Source: Octopus sinensis (lineage: Eukaryota). From it: a stretch of 64,000 nt of DNA. Numbering within the stretch: position 1 is the stretch's first letter; every line of letters starts with the position of its first letter. Under the pieces are notes generated by a model. That model was not told where the DNA came from. It saw only the letters and a program-made list of their open reading frames with translations, and did not search any database. The stretch covers positions 13,330,001-13,394,000 of the forward strand of contig NC_043007.1 in assembly GCF_006345805.1 (NCBI RefSeq), read 5' to 3'. Of the stretch, positions 12,338 through 22,966 are shown piece after piece. A program made the position numbers and the translations under genes.

Positions 12338-13916
12338 GCACTCATACACGCATTCTAAACCGTTTAATTCCACCGATCTTTGCAACGGAAGCTATAACCA
12401 CATGTATTTCTATTAAATGTTTCATGATACTGTTTAATTTAAAGATATAATCAGAATTTTATGAACCTAAATCTAGGTGTTTTCCTTTCCAGTAATTCTT
12501 CCCCCGATCTAGCATTGATTGATTCCTTGTCATATGAATAGGTACAGATGTCTTTATGCAGAAATCGTACTTTCAAATTCGTGTCGTTGGTTAAGAATTG
12601 GGGGGGGGAAAAAACCCGAAGAATATAGCTGCACTATATCGCATGTGGTTGTTAAAGTTATTTTATATATAGAGATTTACATGCAATAATGAAGCAAAGA
12701 TTATCAGTAAGGAGCAATGGCTGTTTAGAAATTTGGCGGCAGAGAAGGAGAGAAAGAGAGAGAGAGACAGACAGAACAAGGGTGAGAAAGATAATGAAAA
12801 AAAAAAAAGAGACAGAAATAGAGAAAAAGAACGGGAGAGAGAGAGAGAGAAAAGGAAAGAAAAGCGGGTGAGATGTAGGAAAATCAAGCAGAGAAGAATA
12901 GAGACGTGAGAAGATATATTTGAAAAAAGAAAAAAAAAAAAAAGTCAGATGCGGGTGGCAAATATTTGAAAATATTCTGTCGCTGTTGATTAGTCTGGGG
13001 AGAACCTTGACCGAGCAAGTCAATATAATAAGAAACTTGCAGCTGCGACCATTCTGTCGGTTTTTTTTTTCGATCATATTATTAAACGTGCACTTTTCTA
13101 AAGACATTACGGTATGATTTGAAGGGGGGAGGGGGTATGGGAGAACGGAATCTGGCTGCTGTTTCTAGCATGTTGAGCAACCACTAGAGGCTCCCTCATT
13201 GGTTCGTTCGTTACCGGCATTAAAGAATTCGAACGAAACTAAGCAAGATACCCACCATAAAACGAAAGTGTTTACAAAATATATGTCTCATAGAGATAAT
13301 TCAAATCGTCGACTAAATTGGAGAAAGCATTAAGAAATTTCGCCCGCTTTCTAAACCTTAAACATAATATATATACAGCCCGTGGTATCTAGTTCAAGTT
13401 CGCATACACATTTGCCGGTGAGTGCAATTAACTGTAATGTCGATCGCACGAAACCTTTAAATACGACGGAATAATTCGATTTACTCCTTTCTTCCATAAT
13501 AAACACACATATGTATATAGTTAAACATGCAGATTCCGCCGAGGTCGACTTTGCCTTTCATCCTTTCGGGGTCGATAAATCAAGTACCAGTTACGCACTG
13601 GGGTCGATGTAATCGACTTAATCCCTTTGTCTGTCCTTGTTTGTCCCCTTGTGGGTAGTAGGGAAATATATAGTTAAACATGTACGTGTAAGCGTGAAAG
13701 GTCATGTATGATACTGTAATAGATACAAGACAAAGTGAGCGCATTTGAATTTCACTTTTACCAAAAGAAAGAAGGAAATAGTTTCGTAAATGCCTTAATT
13801 AGTTAATCAATTAATTAATATCTCACCTGGTGCGCTAAGATTCGTTCCTGCTGGCTCACAGCTGGGTTCATCACTGTGTCCACGGCTGTTATGAGGTGTT
13901 GAACATCTGTATCCAT
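1958..13916 (-). CDS. XPO5: Exportin-5, multi-exon gene span (5' part; continues beyond the left edge)
   Basis: Six exons with GT-AG ends and compatible phases join into one frame: MDTDVQHLITAVDTVMNPAVSQQERILAHQ|VCDELKE...IRHFGLQLLEHCIK|YRWNDL...|GTQGILVEEHHIKDAVSRITVEILKRDWPQLW...|ETQTELVLMVFLRVVEDVIAFQSIPQQRRREIQQTL...|...CRVCEAVLQTLCGFVEWV...AAECLLLIVSRR. This matches the importin-beta N-terminal/Xpo1 domains of exportin-5. Confidence 0.95.
3109..3490 (-). mobile_element. tRNA-derived SINE family A (also 55-424, 14579-14870, 36133-36515, 44150-44505, 33828-34020)
   Basis: tRNA-like head GGCGCAATGGCCCAGTGGTTAGGG...GGTT..GATTCCC; 12-bp TSD TGGTTTATGAAA. Confidence 0.88.
3665..3847 (-). CDS. 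XPO5: XPO5 coding exon 5 (183 nt)
   Basis: CTACAG acceptor; ETQTELVLMVFLRVVEDVIAFQSIPQQRRREIQQTLTANLGDLFKFFLAKLNYHKGQYQSL; GTAAGT donor. Confidence 0.95.
4387..4524 (-). CDS. XPO5: XPO5 coding exon 4 (138 nt)
   Basis: CTTCAG acceptor; GTQGILVEEHHIKDAVSRITVEILKRDWPQLWATLLKDLEILSRQG; GTTTGT donor. Confidence 0.95.
5183..5255 (-). CDS. XPO5: XPO5 coding exon 3 (73 nt)
   Basis: TTGTAG acceptor; YRWNDLTPEEKNRMKKSALELIST; GTAAGT donor, phase 0. Confidence 0.93.
5575..5980 (+). mobile_element. tRNA-derived SINE family B with internal (TA)/(TG) microsatellite and (AAAAGAGT)n tail
   Basis: More than 12 dispersed copies, e.g. 7787-8180, 16852-17247, 19895-20287, 25929-26339, 30515-30840, 33266-33650, 43610-43990, 50915-51331, 51862-52290, 53063-53485, 55990-56396, 60440-60840. 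Source of the recurring [22 protein letters not shown] pseudo-ORFs. Confidence 0.9.
7026..7440. mobile_element. MITE family B (GGATCTTTTCG TIR, 8-bp TSD)
   Basis: TIR of about 24 bp; TSD GAGATATC on both sides. Other copies: 15944-16527, 35344-35765, 53822-54236. Confidence 0.9.
7460..7581 (-). CDS. XPO5: XPO5 coding exon 2 (122 nt)
   Basis: TTTTCAG acceptor; VCDELKEMPSKSIKFGLILAQKDYSPIIRHFGLQLLEHCIK; GTAAG donor, phase 2. Confidence 0.95.
12008..12220. repeat. Near-perfect palindrome, 105-bp arms, 3-nt loop
   Basis: 12008-12112 pairs with 12116-12220, with one G:T mismatch. Confidence 0.95.
13827..13916 (-). CDS. XPO5: XPO5 coding exon 1 (90 nt)
   Basis: AAAATGG start context; MDTDVQHLITAVDTVMNPAVSQQERILAHQ; donor CAG|GTGAG, phase 0. 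Too short for the ORF track. Confidence 0.9.
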
Positions 13917-14905
13917 TTTCAGTGGTTTAGTTGGGTTATTTTTTAAATTAAATATATAGAGATATGTATATGTGATTCAGGGTTTCAAAATATATATATG
14001 TGTATGTATAAAGATTACGCTGTTCTTGAGTTTATGCTGCGATGAGGTGGAGAATTTTTTACAGAAATATATAAATATGTGTATAGTATGTATGTATATT
14101 CGTTCACTAATTCCTTTTTTTTTTTTTTTTCTGGTGAATGAAATTGAAAACAAACAATAAAGGAAATTAGCGAAAGAAAAATTCGGTTGAATGAAACCGA
14201 ATGTAAAAGAAAGAGAAAGGTATTATTCTTCCGATGCTGGTTTCACTAATTGGAGGAATTATTATTGAAGCAGAAACGAAGGATTTTCGGGTTTTGTAGT
14301 TGATGCAAGTGTAAAGCTGTGGCAATGGTAAGAAATCATCCCAAGACACCAACTAAGAAGAGAACCTTGCAAAACATGCCAACATGCCGCATTTTACGCA
14401 CGCGCCAATTTCTCACACAGCCCAATGGTAATTGCGTTGACGGTGCTCCCCCAGAAACTGTTCCACTGCGAAAATTATATCCACTCATTTGCCATTCAGC
14501 GAACTAATGAGTCCACCTGTTAAATAATATGAAACACATCATCAGTCTCATATCATACTTTGGTAATCTTTAGCAAAGCCGGGCGTTGTGAGTGTTTATT
14601 GAGCGAAAACACCTAAAAGCTCCACGAGGCTCTGTACTCTTTCACCACAACTTTCTCTCACTCTTACTTGCTGTTTCTGTTGTACCTGTATTTCAAAGGG
14701 GCCGGCCTTGTCACCCTCTGTGTCACGCTGAATATCCCCCCGAGAACTACGTTAAGGGTGCACGTGTCTGTGGAGTGCTCAGCCACTTACACGTTAATTT
14801 CACGAGCAGGCTGTTCCGTTGGTTCGGATCAACCGGAACCCTCATCGTCGTAACTGACGGAGTGCTTCCATCAATCGTTAGCAGAATCGGGCGAAATGCG
14901 TAGCT

Positions 14906-15427
14906 GTATTTCGTCTGCCGTTACGTTCTGAGTTCAAATTCCGCCGAGGTCGACTTTGCCTTTCATCCTTTCGGGGTCGATTAATTAAGTACCAGTTACG
15001 CACTGGGGTCGATGTAATCGACTTAATCCGTTTGTCTGTCCTCTTTGTGTTTAGCCCGTTGTGGGTAGTAAAGAAATAGGTATTTCGTCTGCCGTTACGT
15101 TCTGAGTTCAAATTCCGCCGGGGTCGACTTTGCCTTTCATCCTTTCGGGGTCGATTAATTAAGTACTAGTTACGCACTGGAGTCGATGTAATCGACTTAA
15201 TCCGTTTGTCTGTCCTCTTTGTGTTTAGCCCGTTGTGGGTAGTAAAGAGATAGGTATTTCGTCTGCCGTTACGTTCTGAGTTCAAATTCCGCCGGGGTCG
15301 ACTTTGCCTTTCATCCTTTCGGGGTCGATTAATTAAGTACCAGTTACGCACTGGAGTCGATGTAATCGACTTAATCCGTTTGTCTGTCCTCTTTGTGTTT
15401 AGCCCCTTGTGGGTAGTAAAGAAATAG
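14906..15427 (+). repeat. Head-to-tail array of three 174-nt SINE family D bodies
   Basis: Units start at 14906, 15080 and 15254; contain GTCGACTTTGCCTTTCATCCTTTCGGGGTCGAT.AATTAAGTACCAG (MetaSINE-like central domain, from recall). Confidence 0.9.
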
Positions 15428-15457
15428 CTATGAGACAACAGTCTCATGTCATACTTT

Positions 15458-15751
15458 GGTACTACTAGCGAACAGTGGTCCCGGTGCGCGCACTCGCGCT
15501 AGCTAGTCGTAAGTAGTCGATCCTACAACGACTTGCGCCTATGTTTGTATTTCAAGGCTGAATACATATCAAAAGAAAATTAAATAATATTTTTCGAACA
15601 AAGTAAATACATTTTTAAACTAAGTAAATAAATTATTTTTATAAACAAACTAAGATTAGGGTTAAAAAGTCGTCGTAGGATCGACTAGTTACGACTAGCT
15701 AGCGCCGCTGCGCGAGTGCGCGCAGCGGGACCACTGTTCGCTAGTAGTACC
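15458..15751. mobile_element. MITE family A copy
   Basis: GGTACTACTAGCGAACAGTGGTCCCG ... CGGGACCACTGTTCGCTAGTAGTACC inverted termini. Confidence 0.88.
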
Positions 15752-15811
15752 AAATATATGAAACACATCATCAGTCTCATATCATACTTTGACGTCTTTG
15801 AAACGTTTAAA

Positions 15812-16689
15812 GGTACTACTTGAAAACAGTGGTCCCGGTGCGCGCACTCGCGTAGTCGCGCGTTCGCGCTAGCTAGTCATGACTAGTCGATCCTTACTTT
15901 GTGTTTTTGTTTGTGATTTACTTTGTTTTAAAAAATTATTTTCGGATCTTTTCGCTTTGACCGGCAGATTTTTAAAATAATTTCTTTGTAACTTAAACAC
16001 TTTTAAACTTCGTATACTGGAAGAATGTGTTTATAAAACAACATCTTTTTCTCTCGGCTTTCTTGAGAAAATTCTGTAGTTTGTAAGATATTTGTTGTTT
16101 ATTTTCTTGCATTTCGGTAATTTCAACCAATGTGGTCCCATGTGGTCTAGTGGTTAGGATTCCTGGCTTTCACCCAGGCGGCCCGGGTTCGATTCCCGGC
16201 ATGGGAACGTTAATTTTTAGAAGGCGGCGACTTGGCAGAATCGTTAGCACGTCGGGCGAAATGCTTAGCGGTATTTCGTCTGGCGCTACGTTCCGAGTTC
16301 AAATTCCGCCGAGGTCGACTTTGCCTTTCATCCTTTCGGGGTCGATAAATTAAGTACCAGTTACGCACTGGGGTCGATGTAATCGACTTAATACCTATGT
16401 CTGTCCTTGTTTGTCTCCTCTGTGTTTAGCCCCTTGTGGGTAATAAAGAAATAGGTAATTTCAACCAATCAATGACGTCTATTGAAGAAATTATTTTAAA
16501 AATCTGCCGGTCAAAGCGAAAAGATCCTTATTTACTTTTTTGTGTTTTCGTGTTTTATTTACTTTGTATAACAAAAATTACTTATTTTGTGTTTTATTTA
16601 CTTTGCTAGGTAGTCGTCGTAGGATCGATTAGCGCGGATGCGCGACTACGTGAGTGCGCGCACCTGGACCACTGTTCTCAAGTAGTACC
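15812..16689. mobile_element. MITE family A (GGTACTACT TIR, 9-bp TSD) carrying nested insertions
   Basis: Long imperfect TIRs; TSD ACGTTTAAA/ATGTTTAAA; contains MITE B copy 15944-16527. Confidence 0.88.
16136..16207 (+). tRNA. tRNA-Glu(TTC), 72 nt, structurally intact
   Basis: TCCCATG/CATGGGA acceptor stem; CCTGG-CT-TTC-AC-CCAGG anticodon arm; CCGGG-TTCGATT-CCCGG T arm; TGGTCTAGTGG A box; TTTTT at 16214-16218. Confidence 0.93.
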
Positions 16690-16851
16690 ATGTTTAAAAA
16701 GTAAAAAAAAAAAAAAAAAAGAGGAACAGCTTATTGGATAATACAGTCCGGTATAATCAGTGTGGAAAAGCACGATGGAAAAGGCCAGAACTCTGTGGCC
16801 ATTGTTCCACTCGATCAATACCGAAATGGAATTAAAAAAACGGCAACAATA

Positions 16852-17485
16852 GGCGCAGGAGTGGCTGTGTGGTAAGTAGCTTGCTAACCAACCACATGGT
16901 TCCGGGTTCAGTCCCACTGCGTGGCATCTTGGGCAAGTGTCTTCTGCTATAGCCCCGGGCCGACCAATGCCTTGTGAGTGGATTTGGTAGATGGAAACTG
17001 AAAGAAGCCTGTTGTATATATGCATATATATATATGTGTGTATGTGTGTGTGTTTGTCCCCCTAGCATTGCTTGACAACCGATGCTGGTGTGTTTACGTT
17101 CCCGTCACTTAGCGGTTCGGCAAAAGAGACCGATAGATTAAGTACTGGGCTTACAAAAGAATAAGTCCCGGGGTTGATTTGCTCGACTAAAGGCGGTGCT
17201 CCAGCATAGCCGCAGTCAAATGACTGAAACAAGTAAAAGAGAAAAGATATATATATATATATATATGTGCGTGTGTGTCTGTGTTTGTCTCCCTAGCATT
17301 GCTTGACAACCGATGCTGGTGTGTTTATGTCCCCGTAACTTAGCGGTTCGGCAAAAGAGACCGATAGAATAAGTACTGGGCTTACAAAAGAATAAGTCCC
17401 GGGGTCGAGTTGCTCGATTAAAGGCGGTGCTCCAGCATGGCCGCAGTCAACTTACTGAAACAAGTAAAAGAGTAAAAAGAGAGAG
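16852..17485 (+). mobile_element. SINE family B, full copy plus tandem second 3' half
   Basis: Full copy 16852-17247, then the 3' half repeated at about 17268-17485. Confidence 0.85.
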
Positions 17486-17945
17486 AGAGAGTCTATCTAT
17501 GAAGGGTTTTCGATAACTCTCACACATAATACTTCTCTTCACCGTATTTCTGCATGAATAAATACCTCTGTCGAATTACAATTAAACGAAAGAATAGGAT
17601 AGAATTGGTACGCGTTGTTATCCGATAATTTTAGGTCAAAATAGTATACAATGAAACCAAACTCCAGCGATGTGATAATACTGTTAACGTTATTGGACAA
17701 GTGTGGCAAGGAACAACAACGGAACTAACTCAACTTTCGTGTATTTCCTATTAATGAATGATACAGCTCTTCAAGAGTAGAAAATAAAGTCGATGGTGTG
17801 CGCGAACTTGCACAAAACGAAACTGCGCAGCTTGGAAGAATAAAGACAAATACATCGATTATATTATTAAGATGTTGAAAGTTATTAATTTAACGCCATC
17901 TGGTGTATGCTAATAAGTATATCATTTACATGCTTATCATGTGGA

Positions 17946-18025
<80 letters not shown>

Positions 18026-18046
18026 CATCTATCTATCTATCTATCT

Positions 18047-18088
<42 letters not shown>
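17946..18088. repeat. (TATC)n microsatellite
   Basis: Long run of ATCT units, read directly. Confidence 0.97.
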
Positions 18089-18090
<2 letters not shown>

Positions 18091-18124
18091 ACACGCACGG
18101 GCACTCACTTTGAAACGTAGGCTT

Positions 18125-18156
<32 letters not shown>

Positions 18157-18599
18157 ATGTATGTAAGTAAATGTATGGAAATATATATACATACGTATAT
18201 CATCATCATCCTCATCATCTCCATCAGTTAATGTTCATATTCCATACTAGCATCGTTGGACAGTTTGACAGGATACGCTGGGTCCAAGGACTGCATCATG
18301 CTTCAGTGTTTGTTTAGCAATGTTTCTAAGGCTGCATACCCTTCCTAATACCAACCGTTTTACTCCATGTACCGTGTGCTATTTTTTTTTTTTGATTCAT
18401 CAACACTAGCAGGGTCTCCATGCAGCTTGCAAAACTATTCACCTCGTGTGGGAAGGGAGAAAATTGTGCCAGGAGGATAAGGAATCGAGAGGGCTTAAAT
18501 ATAAAAGAAAAGGGGCCAGAGCAGAACAGGTTTCTTACTGTAGAGGTAGAGTTAGAGTTAAACCATATCACTCCGGTATTAAGGATCATAGGACCGCGA

Positions 18600-18900
18600 C
18601 TATTTCATGCCAGCGGACGCGATCTTGAGCTACCTCCTTAATTCCGCCTCATCCTCCATACATCCTTTCCAGGTCTTCTTAGGTCTTTTCTCTTTCCTTC
18701 GGGTTGCCAGTCTAACCCACGTCTTGCAGGGCACCTTGGAGGACCGATCTAGTCCCATTACCTTTTTTTTTCAGAATTTCTCGTTTGATGGGAGTTCGGT
18801 TCGTTCTACCCACCCACACTTCTATTTGAAATGTTGGTCCGGCCTTCAGATTTTGTGGACGTAAGCGCAGACATTTGTTGACTGCCCGCATTTTAGAAGA
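18600..18900 (-). mobile_element. Degenerate RTE-type LINE 3' fragment
   Basis: VNKCLR...RTNRTPIKREI...DWQPEGKR motifs with frameshifts. Confidence 0.7.
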
Positions 18901-20489
18901 GAAGGTAGGGTCGGAGATGGAAAGTGATATAAGCGGGGAAGAAGTGTAAGAAGGACATTCAATGTGCAAAGGTGGGTAGGAACGAATGGGGCCAGGGTGC
19001 CAGGAGTGAGTGAGTGGTGTAGGGAATGTCTGATGCATTTGGGGGTGAAAGAAAGATGACATGTTGGTGGGTAGGTTGCAGAGGTGGATGGGGAAGAGGG
19101 AGAGAGAAATAAAGGGAGAGCAGGCACAGTGTATGAGGAAGGTGAGACGCATGGTGATTAGGAAGGTGAAATAATTTGATGCCAGAGTGGAGGGTAAGAG
19201 TGGGGTTAAATGGAAGTATATGATGTTTGTTCCTTCTCAAGCCATGCCCTTGTTCATAAGGGCCGGTTTCCCGGTTTCCTTGGCGTATAGGTCCCCCACT
19301 TGGACGGGACGTCGGTCCGTCGCAGGTGAGCTGCAAGATGCAGGAGGAAAGAGTGAGAGAAAGTTGTGGCAAAAGAATCAGTTCGCCATTACCTTCTGCC
19401 GAACCGCTTGGAGCCTGGGTGTTTCGCTCATAAACACACAGATCGCCCGGTCTGAGATTCGAACCAGCGATCCCTCAACCGCGAGTCCGCTGCTCTAACC
19501 ACTAGGCTATGTGCCTCCACGAAAAAATGGAAGTATAGGAGGAGGTTAGTATTAATGGAGTGAAGGCACGTAGCTAAGTGGTAAGAGTATTCGGCTCACA
19601 TTCGTAAGGTCCTGATTTCGATACCTGGTGTCTTGCGCGTTGTGTCCTTGAGCAAGACACTTTATTTCACGTTGCTCCAGTCCACTCAGCTGGCGAAAAC
19701 GAATTTACTTGTAATCCAAAGGGCCAGCCGAGTAACATTCTGTGCCACGCTGAATCTCCATGAGAACTACATTAAGGGTCCAAATGTCTGTGGAGTACTC
19801 AGCCACTTGCACGTTTGTTTCAGGAGCAGACTGTTCCGCGGATCGGATCGGATCAGCTGGAACACTCTTCGTCGAAACCGACGGAATGATCTTTTACTCT
19901 TTTACTTGTTTCCGTCATTTGACTGTGACCATGCTGGAGCACCACCTTTGATCGAGCAAATCGACCCCAGGACTTTATTCTTTGTAAGCCTAGTACTTAT
20001 TCTATCGATTTCTTTTGCTGAACCGCTAAGTTACGGGGATGTAAACACACTAGCATCGGTTGTCAAGCGATGTTGGAGGGACAAACACAGACACACGTAC
20101 ATATATATACATACATACATACATATATGACGAGCTTCTTTCGGTTTCCGTCTACCAAATCCACTCACAAGGCTTTAATCGGCCCGAGGCTATAGTAGAA
20201 GACACTTGCCCAAGGTGCCACGCAGTGGGACGGAACTCGGAACCATGTGGTTGGTAAGCAAGCTACTTTCCACACAGCCACTCCTACACGGTTTTTTAAA
20301 AATCAGTTTTAATAGGTAACATGCGAAGTTGTTCTGATTAGTAAGAAAAGTGGTATCAATGAAGAACTGTAGTTGGGGGGCGTAGTGATGGTGGTGGGTG
20401 TCTTGGGGTAGGTGGAAATTGGGCGGAGGGCCCAGTTGTGCACACACGCAAACAGACCTCTACTGGAACTCAGTTTCGCTGACGCGGGC

Positions 20490-20812
20490 GGGGTCTTTTC
20501 GGGGAACCGCATATCAGGGCTCAAGGTAATGAAATCAGTTTCCAGCACCTCGTCCCATGTTTTCCTTGGTCTCCCTCTTCCGTAAGTTCCATCCAATTTT
20601 ATGTTACTCTTCTTCATCCATACGAAACAGATGTCCGTACAAGCGCAGTATACTTTCTTGTACGCTATACCAGATTCCTCTTATGCCCAGTTTTTCAGTT
20701 TCTGCCTTTGTATTATATCTTTCATGCACACTTACATTACACATCAAACGGAGCATGCTTGCTTCATTTCCTTCCAGTCTTCTCAAATCCTTTCCGTTCA
20801 AAACTCATGTCT
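20490..20812 (-). mobile_element. Degenerate RTE-type LINE 3' fragment
   Basis: EASMLRLMCNVS...LRLYGHLFRM...GRGRPRKTW motifs across frameshifts. Confidence 0.85.
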
Positions 20813-21435
20813 TATAATCATGCGACAAAGCAGTTCTAACACGAGTGTCATAAAATATAGAATCTACACTCCCCTGAGTGCTACGTACGTACGTACGTAC
20901 CACCGTACAAATATACAAGCATACACACACACATGTAAACAATTAGATTAGAGATATTCCGAAAATACTGACACTTCAAAAAGTACGTGTTATGGTAGTG
21001 GAAAGTTGCACTAAAATCACATAACTGGTTCGAGATCTGACATAGCATCACTTCACTGTTGTTGTCTTTACTCTTCAACCGCCTGCCTTCTCATTTCACT
21101 GCCTTATTCTTTTCCAACACCCATCTCCCATCTCTTGTACCATTATTTTCACCACAATTCATTTTTCTCCAAAGTTAACGCCTGAATATTCAAGGGAAAT
21201 AAGTCGCTTTTACTATTACAGAGTTATGTACCTTTAACAGAAACTAGCGTTTTTTTTTTCATATATTTTTCAAATAATTTTCATAAATACAAAACATGAC
21301 TAAGAGCCAAGCACGAAAACTTCGATAGCACAATCATCTTTACCAATATCATTGATTGGGGAATAGAAATACTATAGAAATATTATTATTTCTAAATCTC
21401 TCTAAAGGAGACTACGGCAGCGGTACTGGATATTA

Positions 21436-21931
21436 ATAGTTATCGCCAAGCTAATATGGCAGTCCAGAAATATAGGACGAATGCTGCCGTTGATTGGCTC
21501 CAAGAGGCCATCGCCTCTAGCTAGCTATGTGACACTTGAACCTGTGTCCATTATAACCTTCGAACAAGAGAGGTCAGCTGCTTCCCTTTGCTGGTCAGGC
21601 ATCTGCAGACTTAGAAAAAATAATATTTCTATTTTTGAAAACCAGTGGATGTATTCCACTGAATTTAGGTAAATATTCCTTCGAACAGACGGTCAGTAGC
21701 GTCGCCTGCTGGGTTTGGCTACTCTGCATTGATAAAGGGCAAATACCCTGAAACATGTCTGAAGATGCCTGACCAGCAAAGGGAGGCGGCTGACCTCCCC
21801 TGTTCGAAGGTTATAATGGATACAGGTTCATGTGTCACATAGCTAGCTAGAGGTAATGGCCTCTTGGAGCTAATCGACGGCAGCATTCGTCCTGCATTTA
21901 TGGATTGCCATATTAGCTTGGCGATAACTAT
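21436..21931. mobile_element. Long inverted-repeat element (175-bp arms, TA-flanked)
   Basis: 21436-21610 is an imperfect reverse complement of 21757-21931; TA on both sides. Confidence 0.8.
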
Positions 21932-22849
21932 TAAAATACAAATTCTATTTCCCTATATACATTCCACGTGCCTCGAAATCTCCTATCTTTGTCAAAGTAC
22001 TTCAGTCGAGACAGTCAAGTTGGTTCATATCAATGTTGGTGATATGATAACGGAACTGCTGTCTTACTGCCTTGATTTACACATAGCATATCGTAAATGT
22101 CACAACCAGGGAAATAATACTTCTGGTTATATATTGACCCTCAAAATCAACAGAGTTACGAAACAGACTTCATGGCTATAGAGTCAGGCCCATGATTATT
22201 CTGGATTTAAAGAAGTCAAAATCCTAAATTACATTAGTGTCGAAGGAGAATTCTTAAAATTCAATTGAATATACACTTTGTCAGGTGTATGATAAAGCGA
22301 AGAGGAAATTCTGATGGTACCTTTAAGCAGCCCTAGCTTGGCAGTCGATAGGAGGTGTTGTTCAGTTTTGCTAGAATCAGTGTTAGGAAGGAAATTAAAG
22401 GTAGCAAAGGTGTTTCAGAGTGATACTCATTTACTCTTTCATTTGTTTCAGTCATTTGACTGCAGCCATGCTGGAGCACCACCTTTTTGGTTGAACAAAT
22501 CGATCTCGGGACTTATTCTACTAGTCTCTTTTGCTGAACAGCTAAGTTATGAGGATGTAAACATACCTATTTCTTTACTACCCACAGAGAAGACAAACAA
22601 GGACAGAAAAACGGATTAAGTCGATTATATTGACCCCAGTGCGTAACTGGTCCTTAATTTATCGACCCCGAAAGGATGAAAGGCAAAGTCGACCTCGGAG
22701 GAATTTGAACTCAGAACGTAGCGGCAGACGAAATACTGCTAAGCATATCGCCCGGCGTGCTAACGATTCTGCCAGCTTGCCGAGGATGTAAACATACCAG
22801 CATCGGTTGTCAAGCAATGGTGGTGGTGAGGGGACAAACAGAGACACAA

Positions 22850-22883
<34 letters not shown>

Positions 22884-22923
22884 GTATATATACTTCATAA
22901 TCTGAAACTGACTTATTGGAAGT

Positions 22924-22966
22924 CCACCTGAAGATTGTCGATCAAGACAAGAAACAATTGTAGTGG
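22924..22966 (+). ncRNA. Minimal type I hammerhead ribozyme (Penelope-like element type)
   Basis: CCAC-CTGAAGA-TTGTC[GATCAA]GACAA-GAAA-CAATTG-TA-GTGG: complete catalytic core, 4-bp stem I, 5-bp stem II, palindromic stem III, GUA cleavage triplet. Confidence 0.75.

Noticed and set aside
12658-13107. 149-aa F/S/L-rich ORF
   Set aside because: Translation of (GA)n and poly-A low-complexity sequence in XPO5 intron 1.
13178-13196. CTCF-like CCACTAGAGGC
   Set aside because: Incomplete match that lies within a dispersed repeat fragment also seen near 6860, 9770 and 42540.
14131-14416. Possible 5'-UTR intron of XPO5 (acceptor-like at 14131, donor-like at 14416)
   Set aside because: Short splice-like motifs in AT-rich DNA cannot be supported without transcript data.
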